Assembly: GCA_963811645.1 (NCBI GenBank)
Contig: CAWERU010000002.1
Location: 1,358,265-1,422,264, forward strand
Length of the DNA: 64,000 nucleotides
Direction: 5' to 3'
Origin: an uncultured Bacteroidota bacterium
Lineage (GTDB): Bacteria > Bacteroidota > Bacteroidia > Chitinophagales > Chitinophagaceae
Positions 48,697 through 57,336 of the stretch are shown here, one piece after another. A model generated the notes under the pieces. It had not been told where the DNA came from. It ran no database searches and saw only the letters and a program-made list of their open reading frames with translations. Both the position numbers and the translations under genes were made by a program. Position 1 is the stretch's first letter. Every line of letters begins with the position of its first letter.

Positions 48697-49845
48697 TTAT
48701 TTATTTCCTACAGTTTGATCAACATAGGCCGATATCCATCCTACCTGTCCATTTTTTACCAGGTAAAATTGTTTTCCTTCATAGATGGATTGAAATTGTC
48801 TCATTATCTTCAGCAAAAGCCCTGTACCCGCCATTAATGATTTTTGATCAAATACCTTGTGCACTTTTCTTATTTCATTGGCAATAGCGGATTTGTCAAG
48901 TGATTTGTCCATAATGTTTTTGACAAGGTAAGTTCCGGATACAGAAGAAAAATTATCTGATAATCTTTCATTGAATTTCAACATCTGCTCATACGTAACT
49001 CCTACGACTGAATTATCAATTAATTCAGGGAACATGAGAGTAGCTACAGACCAGGCAATACCACCGCTAAATGCCACATTATCAGTTTTGGGATAAGAGC
49101 CACTTTCATTTACAGCATAAATGATCTCGCTATTTTCCGCTTCAGTAAGCACCCGGTATAATTGCTTATTGAAATTGGAAAGTCCATCATCATCACCACA
49201 TCTTTTTTCTGTGGCATTTGCCACACTTTTTGTTCCCCAGTTAAGCTCAAAAAGTTTAAAATCCTTTGTATTGCCATTGGGAAAATAACCACCCTTTGTA
49301 TTACCACTGCCTATGTCAATTAAAAAAGTATTGTAGCGCCTGGACTCCGGCACAATACCTAAATGGGAAAGTCTTGCTTCATCTAACACATCAACTACAT
49401 CCACCTGGCGGTCCGGTTCCTTTATATTTATTTTAAACGAATCGATCAGGTTATTTATCCAGGGCATTTTATTTTCTTTTTTTGCCTGCATTTGTACGCC
49501 GCTGCTTACGACAGTATACACAAACTTTGGTAGAATCTTATAGTTTTTGACAAGAGTTGAATACAGATCGCACATGGCCATCAAAGTGGAATGAAAGGTT
49601 GGCGGGGTAAAGGAAATAATATCTGTGTTTATAGAGCTATCCTTTAAAATATTGAATGCTCCCCGGCTTTGGGCATTTTTCCCGATTTCAAGTACACTCA
49701 TCTTTACACCTTTTGAACCCACTTCAATACCTGCAAATACTGTTGAGTTGCTGTATTTTAATTTAAAACTATTTTGTGCATGTAATACAAAAACTAAAAG
49801 AAGAAACGCACTAACGGATAAAAAAGGCTTAAACCTATGTTGCAT
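48697..49845 (-). CDS. signal-peptide-bearing ASKHA-fold phosphatase (Ppx/GppA-like or GDA1/CD39 NTPDase-like)
   Basis: 382 aa. Signal peptide (FLSVSAFLLLVFVLHAQ), then two actin-like-ATPase phosphate motifs (FAGIEVGSKGVKMSVLEI and FLIDIGSGNTKGGYF) at the spacing expected for the Ppx/GppA or apyrase families. Confidence 0.5.
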   Translation of the reverse strand: MQHRFKPFLSVSAFLLLVFVLHAQNSFKLKYSNSTVFAGIEVGSKGVKMSVLEIGKNAQSRGAFNILKDSSINTDIISFTPPTFHSTLMAMCDLYSTLVKNYKILPKFVYTVVSSGVQMQAKKENKMPWINNLIDSFKINIKEPDRQVDVVDVLDEARLSHLGIVPESRRYNTFLIDIGSGNTKGGYFPNGNTKDFKLFELNWGTKSVANATEKRCGDDDGLSNFNKQLYRVLTEAENSEIIYAVNESGSYPKTDNVAFSGGIAWSVATLMFPELIDNSVVGVTYEQMLKFNERLSDNFSSVSGTYLVKNIMDKSLDKSAIANEIRKVHKVFDQKSLMAGTGLLLKIMRQFQSIYEGKQFYLVKNGQVGWISAYVDQTVGNK

Positions 49846-50154
49846 GGAAGAAAATTTTTGCTTGAACGGATAAAATTACTAAAATGCTTTTCCACTACAC
49901 TTTTTCAATTGCAAAGTGTGAAGAAAATGTGGTTAACTAATTTCTTTTAATCCAGGGCGGTATGACGATAGTTTAAGATTTTTTATCATGCTGCATAGTT
50001 GCAGAAAATATAAGTGTGTGATGTCCGCCGTACAAGTATGGATTGGTAACAGAAACTTATAGCAACAAGACCTAGTGATCCATGAAGAGCATAAATTTTA
50101 TTTGTACTGGATTCAGGAAATTTATTCAATGCCTTAATTTTAGTATTCATTAAA

Positions 50155-52305
50155 TTGTTTACCATGAAACGGTTATTGTTTGTTTTATTATGGCTGATAC
50201 CGGCTTTATTGCAGGCTCAGTTGAAATATCCTGTTGCTAAAAAAGAAAATGCAGTAGATGATTATCATGGTGTGAAAGTAGAGGACCCCTATCGCTGGCT
50301 TGAAGACGATAATAGTGCAGAAACAAAAGCCTGGGTGCAGGAAGAGAATAAAGTGACCTTTGACTATTTATCAAAGATCCCATATAGGGATAAGATCAAA
50401 AAAAGACTTGAAGAAATGTGGAATTACCCCAAATACGGAGCTCCGTTTCAAAAAGGAGAATATTATTATTTCACAAAAAACGATGGGTTGCAAAATCAAA
50501 GTGTGTGGTATCAGCAAGAAGGCTTAACGGGCAAGCCAGAAGTTTTTATTGACCCTAATAAACTATCAGATGACGGCACAGTTTCATTAGGTGGAATTAG
50601 TTTTTCGTTAAACGGTAAATATGCGGCATACACTCTTCAAAAGTCCGGAAGCGACTGGCAGGAAGGTTATATTATCGACGTAGCTACAAAAAAACTTTTA
50701 AACGACAAATTAGATTGGCTGAAGTTTACAGGCTTTAGCTGGAAAGGGGATGAAGGATTTTATTATAGCCGCTATCCGGAACCGCAGGAAGGAGACAGCT
50801 TAAAAGGGAAAAATATAAATCAGCAGGTTTATTTTCATAAAGTAGGAACCTCCCAATCAGATGATAATTTAGTATATGAAGACAAAGAGCATCCACAACG
50901 TTTTGCCGGAATTGGATTGACAGAAGATGAGCGTTTCCTGGTTCTCGGTACGTCAGAAGGTACCAGCGGAGGAGAAGTTTGGATTTGGGACACAAAGGAT
51001 CCTGCACAAAAAAATTTTAGTTTATTAATACCCGGCTTTGAAACACAACCCAGCATTGTTGACAACGTGGGAGATAAGTTACTGCTTCAAACAAATGATG
51101 GCGCACCAAATTATAACGTAGTGCTTATTGATCCTAAAAGTCCCGGAAAGGAAAACTGGAGGACCATTATTCCTGAACAGAAAGAAGTATTGGAAAGCGT
51201 TAGCACCGGCGGTGGTTATCTTTTTGCTTCTTACCTGAAAGATGCATCTACAAAAGTGTATCAGTATACATATGATGGTAAACTGGTTCGTGAAATAAAA
51301 TTGCCCGGGATTGGGACGGCCGGCGGATTTGGCACGGAAAAAAAATATGATCATTTCTTTTATACATTCACTTCATTCAATTATCCGCCTACCATTTTTA
51401 AGTATGATATTAAAACGGGTCAATCTTCTTTATTCAGAAGAACAGAAGTGAAATTTAAACCTGAAGATTATGAAGTGAAGCTGGCGTTTGCCCCGAGTAA
51501 GGACGGAACAAAAATTCCTGTATTTCTCACTTACAGGAAGGGCCTCGTATTAAATGGCAAAAATCCCACATTAATGTATGGGTATGGTGGATTTAATATC
51601 CCGGTTACACCGGGTTTTAATCCTTCTATTATTTTCTTTTTGGAACAGGGCGGTGTATATGCCAGTGTATGCATGCGCGGTGGCAGTGAATATGGTGAAG
51701 AATGGCATAAAGCAGGAATGCTTGATAAAAAACAAAACGTATTTGATGATTTTATTGGCGCCGGCGAATGGCTGATAGAAAATAAATACACAAATAGCGG
51801 AAAGCTGGCGATTCAGGGTGGTTCAAATGGTGGATTATTAATTGGCGCATGTATGACTCAGCGTCCGGATCTTTTTAAAGTAGCTATTCCACAAGTTGGA
51901 GTAATGGATATGTTGCGTTATCACAAATTCACCATAGGTTATGCCTGGGCTGTTGAATATGGAAGCAGCGATGATCCTGATCAGTTTAAATACCTCTACA
52001 AATATTCTCCATTGCATAATTTAAGACCGGGAGTAAAATACCCTGCCACATTGGTAACAACTGCAGATCATGACGACCGTGTAGTACCTGCACATTCATT
52101 TAAGTTTGCCGCTACTTTACAAGCAGATAATGCAGGTGATAATCCGACACTGATTCGCATTGAAACGAAGGCAGGTCATGGAGGTGGAATGCCAACCAGT
52201 AAACGAATTGAATTAACAACAGATATCTGGAGTTTTGTAATGTATAATTTGGGGATGAATTTTAAAAATATAGGACAAGGCATTTCCGAAAAGAAAGCTT
52301 TTTGA
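50155..52305 (+). CDS. prolyl oligopeptidase (S9A family prolyl endopeptidase)
   Basis: 716 aa. Signal peptide, N-terminal beta-propeller region beginning YPVAKKENAVDDYHGVKVEDPYRWLED, and a C-terminal alpha/beta hydrolase with the nucleophile GGSNGGLL. Confidence 0.85.
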   Translation: MFTMKRLLFVLLWLIPALLQAQLKYPVAKKENAVDDYHGVKVEDPYRWLEDDNSAETKAWVQEENKVTFDYLSKIPYRDKIKKRLEEMWNYPKYGAPFQKGEYYYFTKNDGLQNQSVWYQQEGLTGKPEVFIDPNKLSDDGTVSLGGISFSLNGKYAAYTLQKSGSDWQEGYIIDVATKKLLNDKLDWLKFTGFSWKGDEGFYYSRYPEPQEGDSLKGKNINQQVYFHKVGTSQSDDNLVYEDKEHPQRFAGIGLTEDERFLVLGTSEGTSGGEVWIWDTKDPAQKNFSLLIPGFETQPSIVDNVGDKLLLQTNDGAPNYNVVLIDPKSPGKENWRTIIPEQKEVLESVSTGGGYLFASYLKDASTKVYQYTYDGKLVREIKLPGIGTAGGFGTEKKYDHFFYTFTSFNYPPTIFKYDIKTGQSSLFRRTEVKFKPEDYEVKLAFAPSKDGTKIPVFLTYRKGLVLNGKNPTLMYGYGGFNIPVTPGFNPSIIFFLEQGGVYASVCMRGGSEYGEEWHKAGMLDKKQNVFDDFIGAGEWLIENKYTNSGKLAIQGGSNGGLLIGACMTQRPDLFKVAIPQVGVMDMLRYHKFTIGYAWAVEYGSSDDPDQFKYLYKYSPLHNLRPGVKYPATLVTTADHDDRVVPAHSFKFAATLQADNAGDNPTLIRIETKAGHGGGMPTSKRIELTTDIWSFVMYNLGMNFKNIGQGISEKKAF

Positions 52306-52899
52306 TCATTCTATCTTTTTGCCATAAACTTTTTCGCCTGCTTTAATAGCAACAGGTAAGCTATTTTCTCCCGGAGGAATCGGGCAGTTATATTGATTTT
52401 TTACATAGGCGCAATATGGATTATAGCACTTATTAAAATCAATGACAAGTTTGTTATTTTTTATATCACTAATTGTAAAGTCAATGTAGCGACCCGCTTC
52501 GTAAGTTTCGCTTCCGGTTGTCTTATCTGTGAACATTAATACTAAATAATCTTTATAGCCGGGATCAGACAGTAGATTCTGCGCCTGGTACACATTTGCT
52601 TTCAGAAGCGTATCATGTATGGTAAATGTAACAGTGCCAAAAACTCTGTACATTTTTTTTTGTTGTCCCGAAGTTTCTATTAAGAACCAGTTGCTGTTAT
52701 TTGCTTTTTTAAAACCGGCTGTTACACGATAGCTCTCGTTAATTGGGAAGAACCGCAAATATTTTTTGTCATCGCCTTTCACTACCTCGTGATCCCTGAC
52801 GTAGTGAGCAATAAAAGTTTGCAAAGAATCTTTATAGGAATTTTGGGCGAAAGCATTTGAAAATAAAAAAATGAACACTGCGGCAATAAATATTTTCAT
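52306..52899 (-). CDS. DUF1684-family protein
   Basis: Signal peptide MKIFIAAVFIFLFSNAFAQ and the conserved FKCYNPYCAY...CPIPPGEN C-terminal motif of DUF1684. I chose the start at MKIF (52899) over the ORF-track 52956, which would overlap the upstream gene. Confidence 0.65.
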   Translation of the reverse strand: MKIFIAAVFIFLFSNAFAQNSYKDSLQTFIAHYVRDHEVVKGDDKKYLRFFPINESYRVTAGFKKANNSNWFLIETSGQQKKMYRVFGTVTFTIHDTLLKANVYQAQNLLSDPGYKDYLVLMFTDKTTGSETYEAGRYIDFTISDIKNNKLVIDFNKCYNPYCAYVKNQYNCPIPPGENSLPVAIKAGEKVYGKKIE

Positions 52900-52916
52900 T
52901 TTAATCATTAAACTTT

Positions 52917-53837
52917 TTAAGAGAGGACAGGTAAATAGATCTCGGCCATCATGCATCTTGCACTGCCACCCCCATTTGTTTCAATAGTGTTAAGTGAAGA
53001 ATGTATGATCCTGTTATAGATACTCAATTTTTCAATTTGTTCGTTTGTCAAAGATTGATAGGCTTGGGTTGACATTACCAGTAATTTTTCTCCTTTACTG
53101 TTTTCAACCTGCAACATGTTGCCGGCAAAATGGTTTAGTTGGTCATAATTTATGTCGATCACTTCTTTCCTGTTTTTTTCAATAGCTATAATCACTTTCT
53201 TTTTTTCTTCCATACCTGGTATTGAATCTGTGCAGATAACTACATATTTATCCGCCACACACATCATCACATTTGTATGATAGATCGGTTGACCATTTTT
53301 GTCGACAGCCGAAAAGACAACAGCTTCATAATTCATTTTTTTGCAAAATTCTTCAAGGACCTTTTTGTCTGTTCTTGCCGACAGGCAGGCAAATGCAATT
53401 CTGTTTTCCCTGTCAAGAACCATACTTCCTGTTCCTTCTAAAAATAAATTATCCTTTTCGTAAAAACTGAGATCAATTTGATTTTTAACTGAGAAACGTT
53501 TATGAATTTCTTCCAGTACATTTTCTTTTCGCTCTGATCTTCTGTTTGGCGCATACATTGGGTACAATAACACGGTTCCATCTTCATGAAAAGAAACCCA
53601 ATTATTGGGAAATAGAGAATCAGGCGTGTGGGGGAGTGGAGTATCTTGTACAAGAGTAACATCAATATCATTTTTCCTGAGAAGCGAAACAAACCTGTCA
53701 AACTCTTCTAATGCCCTTGGTTGAGTGTCCATAGTATCCTTTTCAACCTGGAAAACATTATTCCGTGCTGTTTCGCTGTTAAAGGCAAAATTTACAGGAC
53801 GTATCATCAGTATGTGTGAAGTAGTTTGCACAATCAA
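52917..53837 (-). CDS. amidinotransferase-superfamily hydrolase, CtlX-like (citrulline utilisation hydrolase-like)
   Basis: 306 aa. N-terminal ILMIRPVNFAFN and the C-terminal catalytic Cys motif GGGSARCMMAEI place it in the DDAH/ADI/amidinotransferase pentein fold. Its size and motifs resemble CtlX. Confidence 0.6.
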   Translation of the reverse strand: MIVQTTSHILMIRPVNFAFNSETARNNVFQVEKDTMDTQPRALEEFDRFVSLLRKNDIDVTLVQDTPLPHTPDSLFPNNWVSFHEDGTVLLYPMYAPNRRSERKENVLEEIHKRFSVKNQIDLSFYEKDNLFLEGTGSMVLDRENRIAFACLSARTDKKVLEEFCKKMNYEAVVFSAVDKNGQPIYHTNVMMCVADKYVVICTDSIPGMEEKKKVIIAIEKNRKEVIDINYDQLNHFAGNMLQVENSKGEKLLVMSTQAYQSLTNEQIEKLSIYNRIIHSSLNTIETNGGGSARCMMAEIYLPVLS

Positions 53838-53908
53838 AAGTCAAAAGTAGAAAGTAAAAATGCGTCTCACAGTTTTGATTTTTTGCTTTTATTTTTGAAT
53901 TCGAATTC

Positions 53909-55357
53909 TTATGAAATTTCATCTCGTAGCAGTGGCATACTCATACAATGAAAACCGCCTCTGGCTCTTGACAATTCTGCGGAGGGTATCAATATCATAG
54001 TATCTTCAATTTCTTCAGTATTAATTTTCCCGTTTTCTATTTTTTGAATCAGGTCATCAGCATTCACAATTTTGAACCCATGTTCTCTGAAAGCCTCAAC
54101 AGTTTTATCATTGCGGTCATATCCCAATATGACACCTTCTTTTATTGCCAGCAGGTTACAAGAATCAGTCCATTGTTCCCTCGCATCAAAGGGAAATTCA
54201 TTGTTGCCGGAATAGATAAATTTTATTTTCCCCGTACGACCCAGGTCATTTTTGCTGATATCAATTAAAAGGTCTTCCAGGTTATCAAAATAAACAGGAG
54301 AATCGATATTTTTTTTCCTGAACTGTATGATCTTTATTTTTTCATCTTTCTTTTCTATTTCTAAAACTTTTTGAACCGGGTCTGCATCTTCCTTTTTAAT
54401 TCTTTTTCTTGAAAAACTACCCAGCATCACCCATACGTCTTTTTTCACCTGGGTAAAAATCGTGTCAATATGCATGAAATCTCTTTTCTTGGGTATTTTG
54501 ATTATTGTGATCTTTTTTACAATGTTTTTTTCAAAAAGCAGATTAGATACCTGATGTACGGCTTCCATAGTTGTACGTTCGCTTACACCGATTAATACAT
54601 GATCTTTTGTAATGACCATTACATCACCTCCCTCCAGGGTCACTTTTTTTTCATCGATGTCTTTTGGGATCAGGAAGTGGTGGGGAGAATCTGAGATTTC
54701 CAGGATTTTATCGTGCTGACCTGCAAACAGGCGATGATTGAAAAAAATATATTTCATTAACATGGCTTCCCTTGTCCTGGCTTTTTTTGCAGGTTTGTTC
54801 AAAAGAATATAGTCATTAATAACTATGCCTATGTCCCGGGTAAAAATGAAATTTGGAATAGGGGGAAAGACCATTTCATCTTCATTGGCTGTCCCACTGA
54901 TAAAAACTTTTGCCAATTGTTTAGGTGGAAGAGCTAACAGTGCTGTTTGTATAGAATAGGAACATCCTTCAATGGCACAAACAGCGGCAACAAGTTTCAA
55001 TTTTATTTCATGATCATTTAATATATCAGCCAACAGCCATTGCAATTCAATCACTTTCTCAGACCTGAAAAATTTTTCATTATCCGGTTTGAAAAAATTT
55101 CTCCTGTTTTTCTCATCATTAATTTCAGAAAGCCGGCCTTTTATTTTTGAAGGGTCGAGAAAATACAAAAGGATCTTGGTATAATAATCGTATTCTTTTC
55201 GTCTTATTGTATCAAGGTGAACAATATCTTCAAACAGCCAGTCCTGTGCCTTTGAGGGAACCACTTTTCCCAGGCCGCTGTCAGGGCTATGAACCAGCAA
55301 TCTTCGTAATGTTCCTATTTCTGATGTAACAGATATTTGTTGTTTTGATTTTGACAT
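53909..55357 (-). CDS. arcA: arginine deiminase (ADI-family), long form
   Basis: 482 aa. Collinear with ADI: TSEIGTLRRLLVHSP at the N-terminus, FPPIPNFIFTRD, LEGGDVM, MHIDTIF, AREQWTDSCNLLAIKEGVILGYDRN, and the catalytic ARGGFHCMSMPLLRD. About 70 aa longer than typical ArcA because of insertions. Confidence 0.75.
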   Translation of the reverse strand: MSKSKQQISVTSEIGTLRRLLVHSPDSGLGKVVPSKAQDWLFEDIVHLDTIRRKEYDYYTKILLYFLDPSKIKGRLSEINDEKNRRNFFKPDNEKFFRSEKVIELQWLLADILNDHEIKLKLVAAVCAIEGCSYSIQTALLALPPKQLAKVFISGTANEDEMVFPPIPNFIFTRDIGIVINDYILLNKPAKKARTREAMLMKYIFFNHRLFAGQHDKILEISDSPHHFLIPKDIDEKKVTLEGGDVMVITKDHVLIGVSERTTMEAVHQVSNLLFEKNIVKKITIIKIPKKRDFMHIDTIFTQVKKDVWVMLGSFSRKRIKKEDADPVQKVLEIEKKDEKIKIIQFRKKNIDSPVYFDNLEDLLIDISKNDLGRTGKIKFIYSGNNEFPFDAREQWTDSCNLLAIKEGVILGYDRNDKTVEAFREHGFKIVNADDLIQKIENGKINTEEIEDTMILIPSAELSRARGGFHCMSMPLLRDEIS

Positions 55358-55555
55358 ATTAATTATTTAAAACCTGGCGGAAATAAGTTTTTATAAAAAG
55401 CTCAATCAGGGATATAAAAATTAGCCGGGAGTAAGTCGGCAAACTTAAAGACATCACGTATGACAAAGACTGGAAGCATAACCTCTGCAATCGTTCGGCA
55501 AAAATACTAAAGAGGCTATAATCCTGGTTGATTATTTAAATGAGGGCTTTATTCA

Positions 55556-56341
55556 TTATTCATGAACAGCAAGAATGGGTATTTGTGTATGGTAAGCCAG
55601 CTTTTTCGTATGCCCTTCTTTTAAAACTCCTTTTAAAAGCGAATGGCGTCTTGGTATTGTAATCAGGATATCTATACTTTTATCAATAATAAATTGTTCA
55701 ATAGCTTCAAAATAATCATTCATACCTATAAAATAGAATTCAGGGTTATAATTTCCAAACATTTGCTCCAATACAGCTTGTTCTTTTTGATATTCGGCAG
55801 TGATAGAAATATAGTGATCCTTGTCAATATTTATGATGTGTAATAAAGGGTGAAAGAGCTCAAGCAATGATTTGATGGGAACTGAAGGAGTCGTTAGTCG
55901 CACATCTTTAAAATCTGAAGCAAGAGCCACATTTTCTATTTCAGTAAAATTAGCATCAGGCGGCACTATCAATACAGGGACCACATTTTTGTCAATAAGT
56001 TTCAGTGTATTGCTCCCTACAAAAACTTGCTCAAGCCCTGTTTTCCCGGTTATGCCCATTACAACCATATCTGCTTGACGGTGATGTACTACTCTTTGTA
56101 TTTCGCTGATAAGATCATCACCATGTACCGCAATGCTTTCCATTCTTAAAGGTGAATCTTTTGACAAAGCATTTTGCAAATTCAATAACTGGTCAGTTAC
56201 GACCGATTCTTCATGCTTTTTTTCAAACATATGATATAAAATAAGATCAGTATCATATGAGCCTGTAAGCATTTTAACCGCATAAGCGGCAGCGTTCAAA
56301 GAAGTAGTTGAAAAATCGACCGGGACAACAACTGTTTTCAT
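55556..56341 (-). CDS. universal stress protein (tandem UspA domains)
   Basis: Two USP-like halves (MKTVVVPVDFSTTSLNAAAYAV... and ...LILYHMF; a second half with ADMVVMGITGKTGLEQVFVGSNT). I chose the start at MKTVVV rather than the upstream extension. Confidence 0.75.
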   Translation of the reverse strand: MKTVVVPVDFSTTSLNAAAYAVKMLTGSYDTDLILYHMFEKKHEESVVTDQLLNLQNALSKDSPLRMESIAVHGDDLISEIQRVVHHRQADMVVMGITGKTGLEQVFVGSNTLKLIDKNVVPVLIVPPDANFTEIENVALASDFKDVRLTTPSVPIKSLLELFHPLLHIINIDKDHYISITAEYQKEQAVLEQMFGNYNPEFYFIGMNDYFEAIEQFIIDKSIDILITIPRRHSLLKGVLKEGHTKKLAYHTQIPILAVHE

Positions 56342-56856
56342 GTTGATTGGTTTCTGGGAATGAAAATAAGGAAAAAAACAAACTGCGTCAAAATGATGAT
56401 CTATGGCTAACAAACTTTATTACTGCAATTATGTTTTCACAGTGAGTCCTTGCCTCAACCTTTACACCTTAATAAGATGAAATAAGCATCTTAAACTATT
56501 GAAGATGAAAACTTTTAATACCTCAATTAAAAGGAAAAACCGGCTTTTTTACCGGCTTTTTTAAAAATCGCACCAAAAAAAATATTTTCTTTTTTCCTGT
56601 TCCATGCTGAAACAGTTTCCCTTTGCTGGTTTTGATTTTCCATATCACTACTGCGATTACCCGGTTGAGTATCTTTTTTGAGTTGGCAAGAAAGGTGGAA
56701 ATATTATGCCGAAGCGATCTCTTGGATTTTAAACATATCACATTAAAAAAAGAAAAGGTCTATTATAAAAAATGGGTTAATTGTCTACATTTTTTGCTGA
56801 GCTTATGTGAAATAAATTTCCCTGTCATTTTTTGCAGAATAATTGATGTAGAATCA

Positions 56857-57237
56857 TTAAGGCCTGTTTTTAAGAATTTCTTTAATTGTTGGCAGATACG
56901 TGGGATCCGGCAATTTTTTTATCCAGATTGAAATTTCTTTCCAGATTTGTGGATTGCTTCTAAGTATAGCTTTCACTATTATTTTTTCCTGTTCAATATC
57001 AAGCGGAAGAATAAGATCGTTTCCCATAAACTTTCCTGCAGAAGAAGAAAACTGGATTTCTTTTGCTGTCAGCGGAAGCCAATGCCCATTTGAAAGTTTT
57101 CCATCAATATTTATATAGTTATGTTGCCCCTTTTTCAGGCTGTCAGTATATAAATGAAAAGAAATACTGTCTATCTCCTGTGAAAAAACAGGAATTGAAA
57201 AAAATAAAATAATCAGTATTGCAAAGTTTTTTTTCAC
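56857..57237 (-). CDS. small hypothetical secreted protein
   Basis: 126 aa with signal peptide MKKNFAILIILFFSIPVFSQ. No family recognised. Confidence 0.4.
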   Translation of the reverse strand: MKKNFAILIILFFSIPVFSQEIDSISFHLYTDSLKKGQHNYINIDGKLSNGHWLPLTAKEIQFSSSAGKFMGNDLILPLDIEQEKIIVKAILRSNPQIWKEISIWIKKLPDPTYLPTIKEILKNRP

Positions 57238-57280
57238 ACTTTAATTTCTAATATCGGAAATTAAAATTGAAAGTCCTGAA

Positions 57281-57312
57281 AAGAAAACTGTCCCGACTTG
57301 TCGGGACAGTTT
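57281..57312 (-). terminator. rho-independent terminator of the pyruvate,phosphate dikinase gene
   Basis: CTGTCCCGAC-ttg-TCGGGACAG, a perfect 9-10 bp stem, followed on the minus strand by TTTTCTTTT. Lies 27 bp downstream of the PPDK stop. Confidence 0.6.
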
Positions 57313-57336
57313 GTGAGGAATTGTGCCTGGGACGGT

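Noticed and set aside
56531-56560. Tandem 12-bp repeat as a CRISPR or other repeat array
   Set aside because: There are only two copies, no spacers, and they sit inside an AT-rich tract. It is more consistent with a simple duplication or a terminator-like T-run than with an array.
56523-56931. ORF-track ORFs 56523..56741 (minus) and 56623..56931 (plus) in the long intergenic region
   Set aside because: They are Lys/Phe/Ile-rich low-complexity translations of AT-rich non-coding DNA, mutually overlapping, with no signal of real coding.
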